Shown in pieces: positions 1 to 12,046 of a stretch of 64,000 bases of DNA. Within the stretch, counting starts at the first letter, position 1. Every line of letters begins with the position of its first letter. The notes beneath the pieces were generated by a model. It was not told where the DNA came from. It saw nothing but the letters and a program-made list of their open reading frames with translations, and ran no database searches. The position numbers and the translations under genes were made by a program. The DNA is taken from the NCBI RefSeq assembly GCF_053078305.1, contig NZ_CP166879.1; one strand, 5' to 3'.

Positions 1-246
1 CAGTGGATCCGTCATTCCAGTATCAGCATTGCCCGGCTGGCGAAACCGGTTGACTGGCAGTCAGAAATGGGCGAAGTCGAACTGGTGATCATGCTGACGC
101 TGGGTGCTAACGAAGGGATGAATCATGTGAAAGTCTTCTCGCAGCTGGCGCGTAAACTGGTGAATAAAAACTTCCGCCAGTCGTTGTTTGCCGCGCAAGA
201 TGCACAAAGTATCCTGACGCTGCTGGAAACAGAATTAACCTTCTGA
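1..246 (+). CDS. fryA: PTS multiphosphoryl transfer protein, 3' end (partial at window edge)
   Basis: In-frame coding from position 1 to TGA at 244-246; convergent with ypdC as in K-12 synteny; product assigned from synteny and recall. Confidence 0.5.
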   Translation, partial: QWIRHSSISIARLAKPVDWQSEMGEVELVIMLTLGANEGMNHVKVFSQLARKLVNKNFRQSLFAAQDAQSILTLLETELTF

Positions 247-248
247 CG

Positions 249-1106
249 TTAGCCCTGAAAACGGGCGCTGTACTCTCCCGGCGTCAGACCAAACTGACGC
301 CGGAAAACGCGACAAAAATAGTCGCTATCCGGAAAACCGCAACGCTGTGCCACTTCATGAATTGACAGATGATATTTCTGCAAAATCATCCTCGCCTTCG
401 CCATTCGCACCCAACGCACATATTCGATAAAACGCATTGTTCCATGCTGAGCAAACAGTTTTGACAGATGATTGGGCGTGATATTAAAAAACTGTGCCAC
501 GCTCTCGCGGGTGAGCTGCTGGGCATAATTATCCTGAACCCAGTTACAAATGCTGTGATAGAGAAAATCGCCGCGCGGCTGCGAATTGCCCGGTGGCATA
601 TTCACCACGTTGCGGCAAAGATGCAGCAAACTTAACACCAGTGGCTGAATGATATTCTGCTCCAGCGGCGAACGGCTAAGATGGGTGAGGGCGGTAAGTA
701 TCGCTTCACCTTCACCGCGTTGCAGGCTGGGAAGCTGGATCTGGCGGGCTGGATGCAACAACGACGTGGTGCGGCTATCGTAAAACGATAACCCAAGCCA
801 GGTCGGTGCGAACACCAGACTTAACAGCATCACCGGTTTGTTGTTGATCGGTAAATTAGCCGCGCGCGCCGGAATAAACAGCATTTCTCCTTCCACCAAA
901 CGTTGCTGCTTTGCTTCCAGCAGATTGCCGTATTCGCCGCGCAGCACGATATCCAGACGGGGAAAATCAATACATAAACTGCCCACCGGCAACGAGGCAG
1001 GCTGGCTGGCAAACCAGACGCGCCCCAGTAGTTGCGGGTTAAGCACCAGGCCGCTGAACAGATCGGCGAAAAATTGTTGATCGGCGGGCAAGCCTGGTGC
1101 TTTCAT
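249..1106 (-). CDS. ypdC: AraC-family transcriptional regulator
   Basis: 285-aa ORF with C-terminal AraC-type HTH region; K-12 synteny next to ypdAB. Confidence 0.8.
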   Translation of the reverse strand: MKAPGLPADQQFFADLFSGLVLNPQLLGRVWFASQPASLPVGSLCIDFPRLDIVLRGEYGNLLEAKQQRLVEGEMLFIPARAANLPINNKPVMLLSLVFAPTWLGLSFYDSRTTSLLHPARQIQLPSLQRGEGEAILTALTHLSRSPLEQNIIQPLVLSLLHLCRNVVNMPPGNSQPRGDFLYHSICNWVQDNYAQQLTRESVAQFFNITPNHLSKLFAQHGTMRFIEYVRWVRMAKARMILQKYHLSIHEVAQRCGFPDSDYFCRVFRRQFGLTPGEYSARFQG

Positions 1107-1118
1107 GAAAGTTCCCGA

Positions 1119-1853
1119 TTAAAGATGCATTAACTGGCGAAATTCTTTTACTTTGCTGCGGCTGACTGGCACTTCAAAATCCAGATCTTTCAGCCGCAGA
1201 ATATAGGTGTTATTAAACCACGGTTCGATCTCGCGGATTTTGTTCAGATTGACACAAAATGAGCGATGGCAGCGGAAAAAATGCGACGGCGGCAGTTTGC
1301 TGCAAAATTCGGTAATGTTCATCGGCATTACGTAGGATTCACGCCGCGTATAAACAAAGGTCATTTTCTCGTGCGCTTCGGCGTAATAGATATCGTTAAT
1401 GGGGGTGACGATTATTCGCTCATCTTTCACCAGATTAATGGTGTCATTCTCACGCGTTACCGTCGCGGCAGGCGTGCTGCTGGTCTGCTGTTGTTGCCAG
1501 GCCGCTTCCAGTTTTTGCAGCATCCCGGTAATGCGTGACTCCTGATACGGTTTGAGAATGTAGTCAAACGCCTCCAGTTCGAACGCTTCTACCGCATGTT
1601 CTTTCCACGCGGTGATGAACACAATAAACGGTTTATGGGCGAACTGGCTGATGTTTTGTGCCAGCAACACACCATCCAGCGACGGAATATTGATATCCAG
1701 AAAAATGGCGTCGACGCGGTTATGCTGCAAAAACTTCAACACGTCCAGACCGTCGTCAAAGGTGCCGACAATCTCCATCTGGCTGTGCTCTTTAATTAGC
1801 CAGCTCAGTTCCTGTTGTGCCAGGAATTCGTCTTCAACAATGATGACTTTCAC
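1119..1853 (-). CDS. ypdB: LytTR-family response regulator
   Basis: ORF 1119-1871; receiver domain plus LytTR C-terminus; likely GTG start at 1853 giving MKVIIVEDE (ORF track extends to a TTG). Confidence 0.8.
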   Translation of the reverse strand: MKVIIVEDEFLAQQELSWLIKEHSQMEIVGTFDDGLDVLKFLQHNRVDAIFLDINIPSLDGVLLAQNISQFAHKPFIVFITAWKEHAVEAFELEAFDYILKPYQESRITGMLQKLEAAWQQQQTSSTPAATVTRENDTINLVKDERIIVTPINDIYYAEAHEKMTFVYTRRESYVMPMNITEFCSKLPPSHFFRCHRSFCVNLNKIREIEPWFNNTYILRLKDLDFEVPVSRSKVKEFRQLMHL

Positions 1854-1867
1854 AATATCACTCCGGC

Positions 1868-3565
1868 TCAAAGCAATAACGTAGCCTGTGAGGCGACTGG
1901 GGTGCGTTGGTTAGGAATGTAAAACGCAATTTCCGTTCCTGGTTCCAGGCGGCGGATATGCAGCCCCTCGCCATACAATAACTTCACGCGATGATGAACA
2001 TTCAGCAGGCCAATTTTATTGCCCGGCATTTCATTCGCTTCGACCCGCTCAATCACCTTTGGATCGATGCCGTGCCCGGTATCCCGCACCGCAATGCGTA
2101 CCCGATTGCCGCACTCTGCAACGCTGATGGTGACAACGCCTTTACCTTTGCAAGGCTGGATACCGTGGACAATGGCATTCTCCACCAACGGCTGGATCAG
2201 CAGGCTGGGAATGCAGCAATTCACCTCTTCATCAATATCATAGATAACCGTGAGCTTGTCGCCAAAGCGGGCCTGCTCAATGGCAATATAGTCTTTAATT
2301 TGATACAGCTCTTTTTTGATATCGATTTGCTCATCGTCTTTTAATTCAATGTTATAGCGCAGATAACGCGACAGATTAAAGATCAGCTGGCGAGCGGTAT
2401 CCGGATTCAGACGGATCGACGATGAAATAGCGTTCAGAGCGTTAAACAGAAAATGGGGATTAATTTTGCTTTGCAGGGCGCGAAGCTCTGCCTTATTTGC
2501 CATTTCACGTAGCTGCTCGGCGCGTGAAACCTCCAGTTGCGTGGAGATGATTTGCGACAGACCAACCGCCATTTCCTGTAATGACGAGGTTATCTGATGC
2601 GCGTGGCAGTAGTAAATTTTCAGCGTTCCGGTCACAACGCCTTTCTCCCACAATGGGATCACCAGCATGGAATGAATCTCTGGTGTGCGGTGGGCTTCAT
2701 CATTGTTTTTAATGATGATTTTTCCGTAATTCATCGCCTGACGGGTAGTCGGGCTAATGAAGTCATCGCCATTCTGATAGTTATGTTCACCCACGCCAAC
2801 ATAGGCCAGCACATGATCGGTATTGGTAATCGCCACCGCATCGGCGTGAATGTCATCGCGAATAATTTCACAAACTTTGCGTAATGACTCGCTATTGACA
2901 TGGCGAAACAGAGGTAGCGTTTTGTTGGCGATATCCAGCGCCAACTTGGCCTGCCGCGCGGCGCTGGCCTCTTTTTCGCCCTCAACGCTTTGCACCAGAA
3001 GCACAATAAAGCCGATACAGACGCTGCCGAGGATCATTGGAATCCCGATTTTAGAGACGATATCGATCCCCAACGCGGTAGTTGGTGCCCAGACAATCAC
3101 CAGAATCATGGTCAACGTTTCACACAACATGCCGCCGAGAATACCGACGCGCCAGCGCTGTGCTTTGGGGATTTTCAGGTTGATCCAGCCCGATATACAA
3201 CCAGCCAGAATGCTGGTGATAAAGCAGGGGATCGCCGTCACGCCACCGATATCAATTAAATAACGATGAATACCCGCAATCACGCCGGTAATGATGCCCA
3301 CCCACGGGCCAAACAGAATCCCGCCGGACATCACCGCGATAATACGTACGTTCACCAGCGAGCCTTCTACGGGAACGCCGGACCAGGTGCTGAAGAGGGC
3401 GAACAGCGAGAAAATGGCGGTAACGGCGAGCAACTCTTTCGGTGAGTGTGCCGACTTGTGCAACAGTTCGCGAAACAGGCGGATACGGATGAGAAAGAAC
3501 AGGCAGATAAGCATTAACGCTGCCCGATCGAAGACCGCCAGCAGCATGTTGAATATTTCGTGCAC
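1868..3565 (-). CDS. ypdA: Sensor histidine kinase (LytS-type, GAF plus HATPase)
   Basis: 565-aa ORF with multiple N-terminal TM helices and histidine kinase motifs; overlaps ypdB start. Confidence 0.85.
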
Positions 3566-3941
3566 GGGTGACTCTGAATAAGGATTAAACCTCTATGATA
3601 GGTAACCTGAAGGCTGATGACCAGCAGGCCGTTTTTGAGGAAAAACCACAATTTTAAAAGGGGATTGATAGATAAATGGTGTATTAGCAATGCATCTCTT
3701 GATAATGCACTTCTGGTTAGTAAATTTATTGAAATTATTATGTTAATAAAATGAGTGGTAATTTTCTTGTTAGCGCAGATAATTTTCCTGTTTTTAAAGC
3801 AGAGTTCCTCATTTAACGTCATTAATAAAAATGTTCTAAAACGCTGGACAGACAGAAATTAATCAGGCTATTTTCAAAACAGCCACCATCGTGGCAGCGT
3901 CGCTCGGACGGTCCGGGCGCTAACGTTAATCTGAGGAAATT

Positions 3942-5180
3942 ATGGCTGACACTCGCCCTGAACGTCGCTTTACGCGCATTGATCGTCTCCCGCCCTATGT
4001 TTTTAACATTACCGCTGAACTGAAAATGGCTGCGCGTCGGCGCGGCGAAGATATTATCGATTTCAGTATGGGTAACCCGGACGGTGCGACTCCGCCGCAT
4101 ATCGTCGAAAAATTATGTACTGTGGCCCAGCGCCCGGACACGCATGGTTACTCCACTTCACGCGGTATTCCGCGGCTACGTCGCGCCATTTCCCGCTGGT
4201 ATCAGGATCGCTACGACGTTGAAATCGACCCGGAATCAGAAGCCATCGTCACTATTGGTTCGAAAGAGGGCCTGGCGCATCTGATGCTGGCGACACTGGA
4301 TCACGGTGACACAGTGCTGGTGCCGAATCCAAGTTACCCCATTCATATTTACGGCGCGGTGATTGCCGGGGCTCAGGTACGCTCAGTGCCGCTGGTGGAA
4401 GGTGTCGATTTCTTCAACGAACTGGAGCGCGCCATTCGTGAAAGTTATCCGAAACCGAAGATGATGATCCTCGGCTTCCCGTCGAACCCAACCGCGCAAT
4501 GCGTGGAACTGGAGTTCTTCGAAAAGGTTGTGGCGCTGGCGAAACGCTACGATGTGCTGGTGGTCCATGACCTGGCCTATGCCGATATCGTCTACGATGG
4601 CTGGAAAGCGCCGTCAATCATGCAGGTGCCGGGTGCACGCGATGTGGCGGTCGAGTTCTTTACGCTGTCGAAAAGCTACAACATGGCGGGCTGGCGTATC
4701 GGCTTTATGGTTGGCAACAAAACGCTGGTCAGCGCCCTGGCACGTATTAAAAGCTATCACGATTACGGCACCTTTACGCCGTTGCAGGTGGCGGCGATTG
4801 CGGCACTCGAGGGCGATCAACAGTGCGTGCGCGACATTGCCGAACAGTACAAACGCCGCCGTGATGTATTGGTTAAAGGGCTGCATGAAGCGGGCTGGAT
4901 GGTCGAAATGCCGAAGGCTTCGATGTATGTCTGGGCGAAAATACCGGAACCGTATGCTGCCATGGGCTCGCTGGAATTTGCCAAGAAATTGCTTAACGAA
5001 GCGAAGGTCTGTGTCTCTCCGGGGATTGGCTTTGGCGACTATGGTGATACGCATGTGCGCTTTGCACTGATTGAAAACCGCGACCGTATTCGTCAGGCGA
5101 TTCGTGGGATTAAAGCGATGTTCCGTGCCGACGGTTTACTACCCGCCAGCAGCAAACATATTCACGAAAACGCGGAATAA
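3942..5180 (+). CDS. alaC: Glutamate-pyruvate aminotransferase (class I aminotransferase)
   Basis: 412-aa ORF with PLP-lysine motif [13 protein letters not shown]-12 synteny. Confidence 0.9.
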   Translation: MADTRPERRFTRIDRLPPYVFNITAELKMAARRRGEDIIDFSMGNPDGATPPHIVEKLCTVAQRPDTHGYSTSRGIPRLRRAISRWYQDRYDVEIDPESEAIVTIGSKEGLAHLMLATLDHGDTVLVPNPSYPIHIYGAVIAGAQVRSVPLVEGVDFFNELERAIRESYPKPKMMILGFPSNPTAQCVELEFFEKVVALAKRYDVLVVHDLAYADIVYDGWKAPSIMQVPGARDVAVEFFTLSKSYNMAGWRIGFMVGNKTLVSALARIKSYHDYGTFTPLQVAAIAALEGDQQCVRDIAEQYKRRRDVLVKGLHEAGWMVEMPKASMYVWAKIPEPYAAMGSLEFAKKLLNEAKVCVSPGIGFGDYGDTHVRFALIENRDRIRQAIRGIKAMFRADGLLPASSKHIHENAE

Positions 5181-5202
5181 ACACCGACCTCAGAAATGCA
5201 AA

Positions 5203-5228
5203 CAGGAGCCTGATGGCTCCTGTTTTTC
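5203..5228 (+). terminator. Rho-independent terminator downstream of alaC
   Basis: Hairpin caggagcc-tgat-ggctcctg followed by T-run. Confidence 0.6.
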
Positions 5229-5244
5229 ATTGCACAGTTTGCTT

Positions 5245-5316
5245 TTAGATCATCAGGGCAAAAGTACCGGCCCAAACGATGACCATAAAAGAAATGCCCA
5301 TAAAGAAATATTTCAC
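5245..5316 (-). CDS. ypdK: Small membrane protein (23 aa, MKYFFMGISFMVIVWAGTFALMI)
   Basis: Short minus-strand ORF with GTG start, recognised by hand translation; below ORF-track size cutoff. Confidence 0.45.
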   Translation of the reverse strand: MKYFFMGISFMVIVWAGTFALMI

Positions 5317-5671
5317 TTTACATCTCTCCGCGTAATTGCTGTTACGCCTGAATGACTTCATTACACCTGATACAGTGAGTTGACACCGGGCAAAACGACC
5401 TTAAAAGTCCTGTATTTTACCGTGGGCATCACCCCAGAATTCTGAGCTAAACTGCTCGAGACGGCGCTAATGTACGCCTAAAACTGAAACGAGACAAGAG
5501 GCATTTTCTTATTTACTTTTAGTAACTTACAGGTGTCTCATATCGGCGACAGTTTAATTTCTGACGGTAATAATTAGATATTCAGCGAAGGAAAAAACCT
5601 TAAGAAAAAAGCCATAAAAACCATGAGGTTATTATGGCTTATGTGAGGAGGTAAAGAGTCAGAGCAGTTTG

Positions 5672-6592
5672 TTAAATGTATAACGACGATTCTCCCACCG
5701 GGCGCGTTTTAAAGCGACGGTGGATCCAGAGGTACTGCTCCGGTGCGCGCATGATTTCTTTCTCGATAATCTTGTTCATATAGGCAGCGGCTTGATTTTC
5801 ATCTGTCGGGTAGCCTTCCATCTCTGGGGTGATGAACAAACGATATCCGCTGTAATCCGCTTTTCTTACCATCGTTACGGTCAACATGGCTGCGCCAGAG
5901 AGACGGGAGAGAACATAGGTGCCATTGGTTGTGGCGACATTTTCTACCGCAAAGAACGGCGCGAAGGAGCTGCCTTTACGACCATAATCCTGATCGGGAG
6001 CAAACCATACCGCTTCACCTTTCTTCAGTGCACTGACAATGCCGCGCAGATTATTTCTGCCGATCATCGCTTTGTTAGAGCGCATGCGACCACGGGTCTG
6101 CACCCATTCCATCAGCTGATTATTATGTGGACGATAGGTAGCCATCATTGGCTGACAAAGTCCCATCACGCGGCCGCCCAGTTCCAGCGACATAAAATGG
6201 ACGCCGACAACCATTACGCCGCGATTTTGCATTTGTGCGCGTTTAAGGTTATCCAGCCCTTCAACATCAAACCATTTACGTACGCGACTGTCGGGCCAGA
6301 ACCACGCCATGCCGGTTTCTACCAGCGCCATGCCGAGTGAACGAAAGTTTTCGGCAATCATCTTCTCGCGTTCTTCCGCAGAATGCTGCGGGAAGCAAAG
6401 TTCCAGGTTTTTACGGGCGATAGATTCACGCCGTTTCAGGAATGGTCGCGCCATTGCGCCAATACGCGTGCCGAGAAAGCAGAGAACAGGATAAGGAAGC
6501 TGTACCCAAAGCCAGAGTACACCAAGCCCAAACCATGTGAGCCAGTAGCGAGGATGCAGAAACTCGCGGGAAAATTTGCATTGTGGAAACAT
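5672..6592 (-). CDS. lpxP: Lipid A palmitoleoyl acyltransferase
   Basis: ORF 5672-6658; protein matches LpxP/LpxL family from internal Met MFPQCKFSREFLHPRYW (about 306 aa). Confidence 0.85.
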   Translation of the reverse strand: MFPQCKFSREFLHPRYWLTWFGLGVLWLWVQLPYPVLCFLGTRIGAMARPFLKRRESIARKNLELCFPQHSAEEREKMIAENFRSLGMALVETGMAWFWPDSRVRKWFDVEGLDNLKRAQMQNRGVMVVGVHFMSLELGGRVMGLCQPMMATYRPHNNQLMEWVQTRGRMRSNKAMIGRNNLRGIVSALKKGEAVWFAPDQDYGRKGSSFAPFFAVENVATTNGTYVLSRLSGAAMLTVTMVRKADYSGYRLFITPEMEGYPTDENQAAAYMNKIIEKEIMRAPEQYLWIHRRFKTRPVGESSLYI

Positions 6593-6944
6593 AGTTACCT
6601 TCTGTAGATACGAATTGTTGTATCGCAGAAGATTCCATGTCGACAGCGGTACACTCAATTGATTAGGCCATCATGTACGACAATGGTTCCTGTAAAGAGT
6701 GTAAAGACTAGTCAGGACATAACCACGAGGAGCATGAATGCGGTGGCTCTACTTTATCACTGGCTGACTGCTTTCAGCTACTGATTATTAATCGTGCAAA
6801 GTAAAAAATTTTCCGTATGCAATAGTGTTGCATTTAACATGCTGTTTTCATTGATGCTTAGCAAAAATTGCCAGAGGTTAAGGATTGTCTTACTATTAAA
6901 GTGACTGAAGTTACAGGTTTTTTAGCGCGGCAGGAGGTTGAGCT

Positions 6945-7187
6945 ATGATTTATTTATGGATGTTTCTCGCCCTGTGTATTGTCTGCGTAAGCGGCTACAT
7001 CGGTCAGGTACTGAACGTGGTATCGGCGGTCTCTTCTTTCTTCGGCATGGTGATCCTCGCTGCACTCATTTATTACTTCACCATGTGGTTAACAGGCGGT
7101 AATGAACTGGTGACGGGGATATTTATGTTTCTTGCCCCGGCTTGTGGCTTGATGATTCGCTTTATGGTGGGGTATGGCAGGCGGTAG
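6945..7187 (+). CDS. yfdY: Small inner-membrane protein
   Basis: 80-aa hydrophobic ORF; K-12 synteny. Confidence 0.65.
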   Translation: MIYLWMFLALCIVCVSGYIGQVLNVVSAVSSFFGMVILAALIYYFTMWLTGGNELVTGIFMFLAPACGLMIRFMVGYGRR

Positions 7188-7263
7188 TGGGTCAGGATGG
7201 CTCATTTGGGCAGGTGTTCACATCAGCATCAGACATGATTGCTCACCTGCCATGTGACAGACG

Positions 7264-7539
7264 CTATCGCACAGGATGAATAAGATAACTCGCCTTTGTC
7301 GGATAAGTGGGCGTGGTTTCTTCTGTGAGGTTTAATGGTGGCGCATCTTCTCTCATCTTAAACAAAATCGCCTGTGATGGCTGAAATTTTGTAGAGTGAG
7401 TTGTCGTCATCGCTGACGTTTTTTCCGTCTCTTTATAGCTCGCCTCACTACCACCACCAGAAATAGAAAATGCAAAAACATTGCATGCCATAATAGAGAC
7501 CAATAAAAATAAGCTAAAAAGCATTAAGTTTACTTTCAT
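7264..7539 (-). CDS. ypdI: Small lipoprotein
   Basis: 91-aa ORF with signal peptide and lipobox-like MAC; K-12 synteny. Confidence 0.6.
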   Translation of the reverse strand: MKVNLMLFSLFLLVSIMACNVFAFSISGGGSEASYKETEKTSAMTTTHSTKFQPSQAILFKMREDAPPLNLTEETTPTYPTKASYLIHPVR

Positions 7540-7834
7540 AGAAAGTTATCCTGAAAATGGTTCACTGAAAACCTACGACGTTATGGCTGTATTTACATAT
7601 AATTAATCAGTATTTACATCGATATAATAAATGACATCTCTTTGTGGTATATAAGAATAGTTCTCTGTGACAGGAAGCAGATTCCTACAACTGTAAGATT
7701 AAAATACTTCTTGCGATAATAACTACAAGTGTAAGATAACCCTTTCAAAATGACCGTTGCTCTCTGATTTCTCATTTCATGCTCACCCAATATGATGGCG
7801 GCGTTTTCTAAAACTGTTAAAGAATGAGGTAAGT

Positions 7835-8467
7835 ATGAAACGTTTAATTATGGCTACGATGGTCACAGCTATTCTGGCATCTTCAACTGTATGGGCTGCT
7901 GATAATGCACCGGTAGCGGCACAACAGCAAACTCAGCAAGTTCAGCAAACCCAGAAAACGGCAGCAGCAGAGCGTATCTCTGAACAAGGTTTATATGCGA
8001 TGCGTGACGTGCAGGTAGCGCGCCTGGCTCTGTTTCATGGCGATCCGGAAAAGGCAAAAGAACTGACCAATGAAGCTTCCGCTTTGTTGTCAGATGACAG
8101 TACCGAATGGGCAAAGTTCGCTAAGCCAGGTAAAAAGACCAATCTCAATGATGACCAATATATTGTCATTAATGCATCTGTCGGAATTTCTGAGAGTTAT
8201 GTAGCGACACCCGAAAAAGAAGCCGCGATAAAAATTGCCAATGAAAAAATGGCGAAAGGGGATAAAAAGGGCGCAATGGAAGAGCTTCGCCTGGCCGGTG
8301 TTGGTGTAATGGAAAACCAATATCTGATGCCGCTTAAACAGACTCGTAATGCACTTGCTGATGCGCAGAAACTGCTTGATAAAAAGCAATACTACGAGGC
8401 AAACCTGGCGCTTAAAGGTGCGGAAGATGGAATCATCGTCGATAGCGAAGCACTGTTTGTGAACTAA
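7835..8467 (+). CDS. yfdX: Periplasmic protein YfdX (EvgA regulon)
   Basis: 210-aa ORF with signal peptide; position upstream of frc. Confidence 0.8.
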   Translation: MKRLIMATMVTAILASSTVWAADNAPVAAQQQTQQVQQTQKTAAAERISEQGLYAMRDVQVARLALFHGDPEKAKELTNEASALLSDDSTEWAKFAKPGKKTNLNDDQYIVINASVGISESYVATPEKEAAIKIANEKMAKGDKKGAMEELRLAGVGVMENQYLMPLKQTRNALADAQKLLDKKQYYEANLALKGAEDGIIVDSEALFVN

Positions 8468-8978
8468 TGCTGACAGGCAGTATATTGAGGTAAAGGATTT
8501 AACTCCCTCCAGCCGACAATTTTTTATGACCACAATACGACAGGTTGTGGTCATAAAATTATTTGGCGCTCGCTGTTCTATAAACTCGCATTTTATATTC
8601 CTCAAAGTAAACCGCAATAATCCCGTGTCATCACAAATTATTTAATATGTTATATTTTATGGTACGCTTTAAAAAGCGTAATCATACCCTTACTTGTAAA
8701 TCACCGGCGCTTCTTACAGTTGTAAGAATAACATCACAAATGTCGCGACTCTCTCTGATTACCACGAACCAATATTTATCATATTCTTCTTTTCGTCCTC
8801 ACTACTTACCATGCAGAAAGGAATTGGAAGTAGCGATGAAATGATTTTCAGTACTTGATACAGGAATGTAAAAATATCGAGTGCCGCTACGACGATATTT
8901 TGCGGATTATTTATAGAGGCGTTACGCCTTAAATAAACGCTAAATTAACACATATTTAATTAACTAATAGGTATTGCT

Positions 8979-10229
8979 ATGTCAACTCCACTTCAAGGAA
9001 TTAAAGTTCTCGATTTCACCGGTGTGCAATCTGGCCCATCTTGTACTCAAATGCTGGCCTGGTTTGGCGCTGACGTCATTAAAATTGAACGCCCCGGCGT
9101 TGGTGACGTAACGCGTCACCAGCTGCGAGATATTCCTGATATCGATGCGCTTTACTTCACCATGCTTAACAGTAACAAACGTTCTATTGAGTTAAATACC
9201 AAAACAGCGGAAGGCAAAGAGGTAATGGAAAAGCTGATCCGCGAAGCTGATATCTTAGTCGAGAACTTTCATCCAGGGGCCATTGATCACATGGGTTTCA
9301 CCTGGGAGCATATTCAAGAAATCAATCCACGTCTGATTTTTGGTTCGATCAAAGGGTTTGATGAGTGTTCGCCTTATGTGAATGTAAAAGCCTATGAAAA
9401 CGTTGCTCAGGCAGCGGGTGGCGCGGCATCCACTACGGGTTTTTGGGACGGTCCGCCGCTGGTAAGCGCTGCAGCGTTGGGTGACAGCAACACCGGAATG
9501 CATTTACTGATCGGTTTACTTGCTGCTTTGCTGCATCGCGAAAAAACGGGGCGTGGGCAACGAGTCACCATGTCAATGCAGGATGCCGTATTGAACCTTT
9601 GCCGCGTGAAATTACGCGACCAGCAGCGTCTCGATAAATTGGGTTATCTGGAAGAATACCCGCAGTATCCGAATGGCACATTTGGTGATGCAGTTCCCCG
9701 CGGAGGTAATGCGGGTGGTGGCGGTCAGCCTGGCTGGATCCTGAAATGTAAAGGTTGGGAAACCGATCCTAACGCCTATATTTATTTCACTATTCAGGAG
9801 CAAAACTGGGAAAACACCTGTAAAGCCATCGGCAAACCAGATTGGATTACCGATCCGGCATACAGTACAGCCCATGCCCGACAGCCACATATTTTCGATA
9901 TTTTTGCTGAAATCGAAAAATACACTGTCACTATTGATAAACATGAAGCGGTGGCCTATTTGACTCAATTTGATATTCCTTGTGCACCGGTTTTAAGTAT
10001 GAAAGAAATTTCACTTGATCCCTCTTTACGCCAAAGTGGCAGTGTTGTCGAAGTGGAACAACCGTTGCGTGGAAAATATCTGACAGTTGGTTGTCCAATG
10101 AAATTCTCTGCCTTTACGCCAGATATTAAAGCTGCGCCGCTATTAGGTGAACATACCGCTGCTGTATTGCAGGAGCTGGGTTATAGCGACGATGAAATTG
10201 CTGCAATGAAGCAAAACCACGCCATCTGA
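8979..10229 (+). CDS. frc: Formyl-CoA:oxalate CoA-transferase
   Basis: 416-aa ORF, CoA-transferase family III; K-12 synteny. Confidence 0.9.
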   Translation: MSTPLQGIKVLDFTGVQSGPSCTQMLAWFGADVIKIERPGVGDVTRHQLRDIPDIDALYFTMLNSNKRSIELNTKTAEGKEVMEKLIREADILVENFHPGAIDHMGFTWEHIQEINPRLIFGSIKGFDECSPYVNVKAYENVAQAAGGAASTTGFWDGPPLVSAAALGDSNTGMHLLIGLLAALLHREKTGRGQRVTMSMQDAVLNLCRVKLRDQQRLDKLGYLEEYPQYPNGTFGDAVPRGGNAGGGGQPGWILKCKGWETDPNAYIYFTIQEQNWENTCKAIGKPDWITDPAYSTAHARQPHIFDIFAEIEKYTVTIDKHEAVAYLTQFDIPCAPVLSMKEISLDPSLRQSGSVVEVEQPLRGKYLTVGCPMKFSAFTPDIKAAPLLGEHTAAVLQELGYSDDEIAAMKQNHAI

Positions 10230-10282
10230 TATTAACGGGGGCTTCTGGCTCCCAATTTATAAAAATTTCGAGGTTATTAATC

Positions 10283-11977
10283 ATGTCAGATCAACTTCAA
10301 ATGACAGATGGTATGCATATCATCGTTGAAGCATTAAAACAGAATAATATTGACACTATTTATGGTGTTGTAGGTATTCCTGTGACGGATATGGCGCGCC
10401 ATGCCCAGGCGGAAGGCATTCGTTATATTGGTTTTCGTCATGAGCAGTCGGCAGGCTATGCCGCTGCGGCAAGCGGTTTTCTTACCCAAAAACCGGGGAT
10501 CTGCCTGACAGTGTCTGCGCCAGGATTCCTCAATGGTTTGACCGCATTGGCCAACGCAACGGTAAATGGTTTTCCGATGATCATGATTAGCGGCTCCAGC
10601 GACCGCGCGATCGTTGACCTACAGCAAGGTGATTATGAAGAGCTGGACCAAATGAATGCGGCAAAACCGTATGCCAAAGCAGCATTTCGCGTTAATCAGC
10701 CGCAGGATCTTGGCATTGCATTGGCACGCGCTATCCGGGTCTCCGTATCGGGTCGCCCTGGCGGAGTTTATCTTGATTTGCCAGCAAATGTCCTGGCCGC
10801 GACGATGGAAAAAGACGAAGCGTTAACCACGATTGTAAAAGTTGAAAATCCGTCGCCAGCATTATTGCCATGCCCGAAGTCAGTCACTAGCGCAATTTCG
10901 CTTTTAGCAAAAGCTGAACGGCCATTAATTATCCTTGGCAAAGGCGCGGCGTATTCACAAGCTGACGAACAGCTTCGTGAATTTATTGAAAGTGCCCAGA
11001 TTCCATTCCTGCCAATGTCTATGGCGAAAGGGATCCTCGAAGATACGCATCCACTTTCTGCGGCAGCTGCGCGTTCGTTTGCCCTGGCAAATGCTGACGT
11101 TGTCATGCTTGTTGGTGCACGACTGAATTGGTTACTGGCACACGGTAAAAAAGGATGGGCGGCAGATACACAGTTTATTCAACTGGATATTGAACCGCAG
11201 GAAATTGACAGCAACCGCCCCATTGCTGTGCCAGTCGTTGGCGATATTGCATCCAGTATGCAAGGTATGCTGGCAGAACTGAAACAAAACACATTTACGA
11301 CTCCACTGGTATGGCGCGATATTTTAAATATCCACAAGCAGCAAAATGCACAAAAAATGCATGAAAAATTAAGTACAGATACCCAACCATTAAATTACTT
11401 TAATGCATTAAGTGCTGTGCGCGATGTATTGCGTGAGAACCAGGATATTTATTTAGTTAATGAAGGTGCAAATACCCTGGATAATGCACGAAATATTATT
11501 GATATGTATAAACCACGTCGTCGTCTGGATTGTGGTACCTGGGGTGTCATGGGCATCGGTATGGGCTATGCCATCGGTGCTAGCGTGACCTCTGGTTCTC
11601 CGGTTGTCGCCATTGAAGGTGATAGTGCTTTTGGTTTCAGTGGGATGGAGATTGAAACGATTTGTCGATATAACCTGCCGGTGACGATCGTTATTTTTAA
11701 TAATGGCGGCATCTACAGAGGAGACGGTGTTGATCTCAGTGGCGCTGGTGCACCATCACCAACAGATCTGTTGCACCATGCAAGGTATGACAAATTAATG
11801 GATGCGTTTCGTGGCGTTGGCTATAACGTCACCACGACAGATGAACTTCGTCATGCTTTAACCACCGGTATTCAGTCGCGCAAACCGACCATTATTAATG
11901 TGGTCATCGACCCTGCAGCAGGAACTGAAAGTGGCCATATTACCAAACTTAACCCAAAACAAGTCGCTGGTAATTAA
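10283..11977 (+). CDS. oxc: Oxalyl-CoA decarboxylase (ThDP-dependent)
   Basis: 564-aa ORF with ThDP-binding motif region. Confidence 0.9.
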   Translation: MSDQLQMTDGMHIIVEALKQNNIDTIYGVVGIPVTDMARHAQAEGIRYIGFRHEQSAGYAAAASGFLTQKPGICLTVSAPGFLNGLTALANATVNGFPMIMISGSSDRAIVDLQQGDYEELDQMNAAKPYAKAAFRVNQPQDLGIALARAIRVSVSGRPGGVYLDLPANVLAATMEKDEALTTIVKVENPSPALLPCPKSVTSAISLLAKAERPLIILGKGAAYSQADEQLREFIESAQIPFLPMSMAKGILEDTHPLSAAAARSFALANADVVMLVGARLNWLLAHGKKGWAADTQFIQLDIEPQEIDSNRPIAVPVVGDIASSMQGMLAELKQNTFTTPLVWRDILNIHKQQNAQKMHEKLSTDTQPLNYFNALSAVRDVLRENQDIYLVNEGANTLDNARNIIDMYKPRRRLDCGTWGVMGIGMGYAIGASVTSGSPVVAIEGDSAFGFSGMEIETICRYNLPVTIVIFNNGGIYRGDGVDLSGAGAPSPTDLLHHARYDKLMDAFRGVGYNVTTTDELRHALTTGIQSRKPTIINVVIDPAAGTESGHITKLNPKQVAGN

Positions 11978-12046
11978 ATACTGACATCGTCTCCTCTTGC
12001 CAACTCATTATGCGATGGTGAGGGGACCCTTATCGGAAATACTATT

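Noticed and set aside
4383-5070. Several alternative-frame ORFs (61-180 aa) within alaC
   Set aside because: Overlap a well-supported aminotransferase gene; Arg/Trp-rich out-of-frame translations.
8090-8617. 175-aa minus-strand ORF
   Set aside because: Antisense to yfdX and its AT-rich downstream region.
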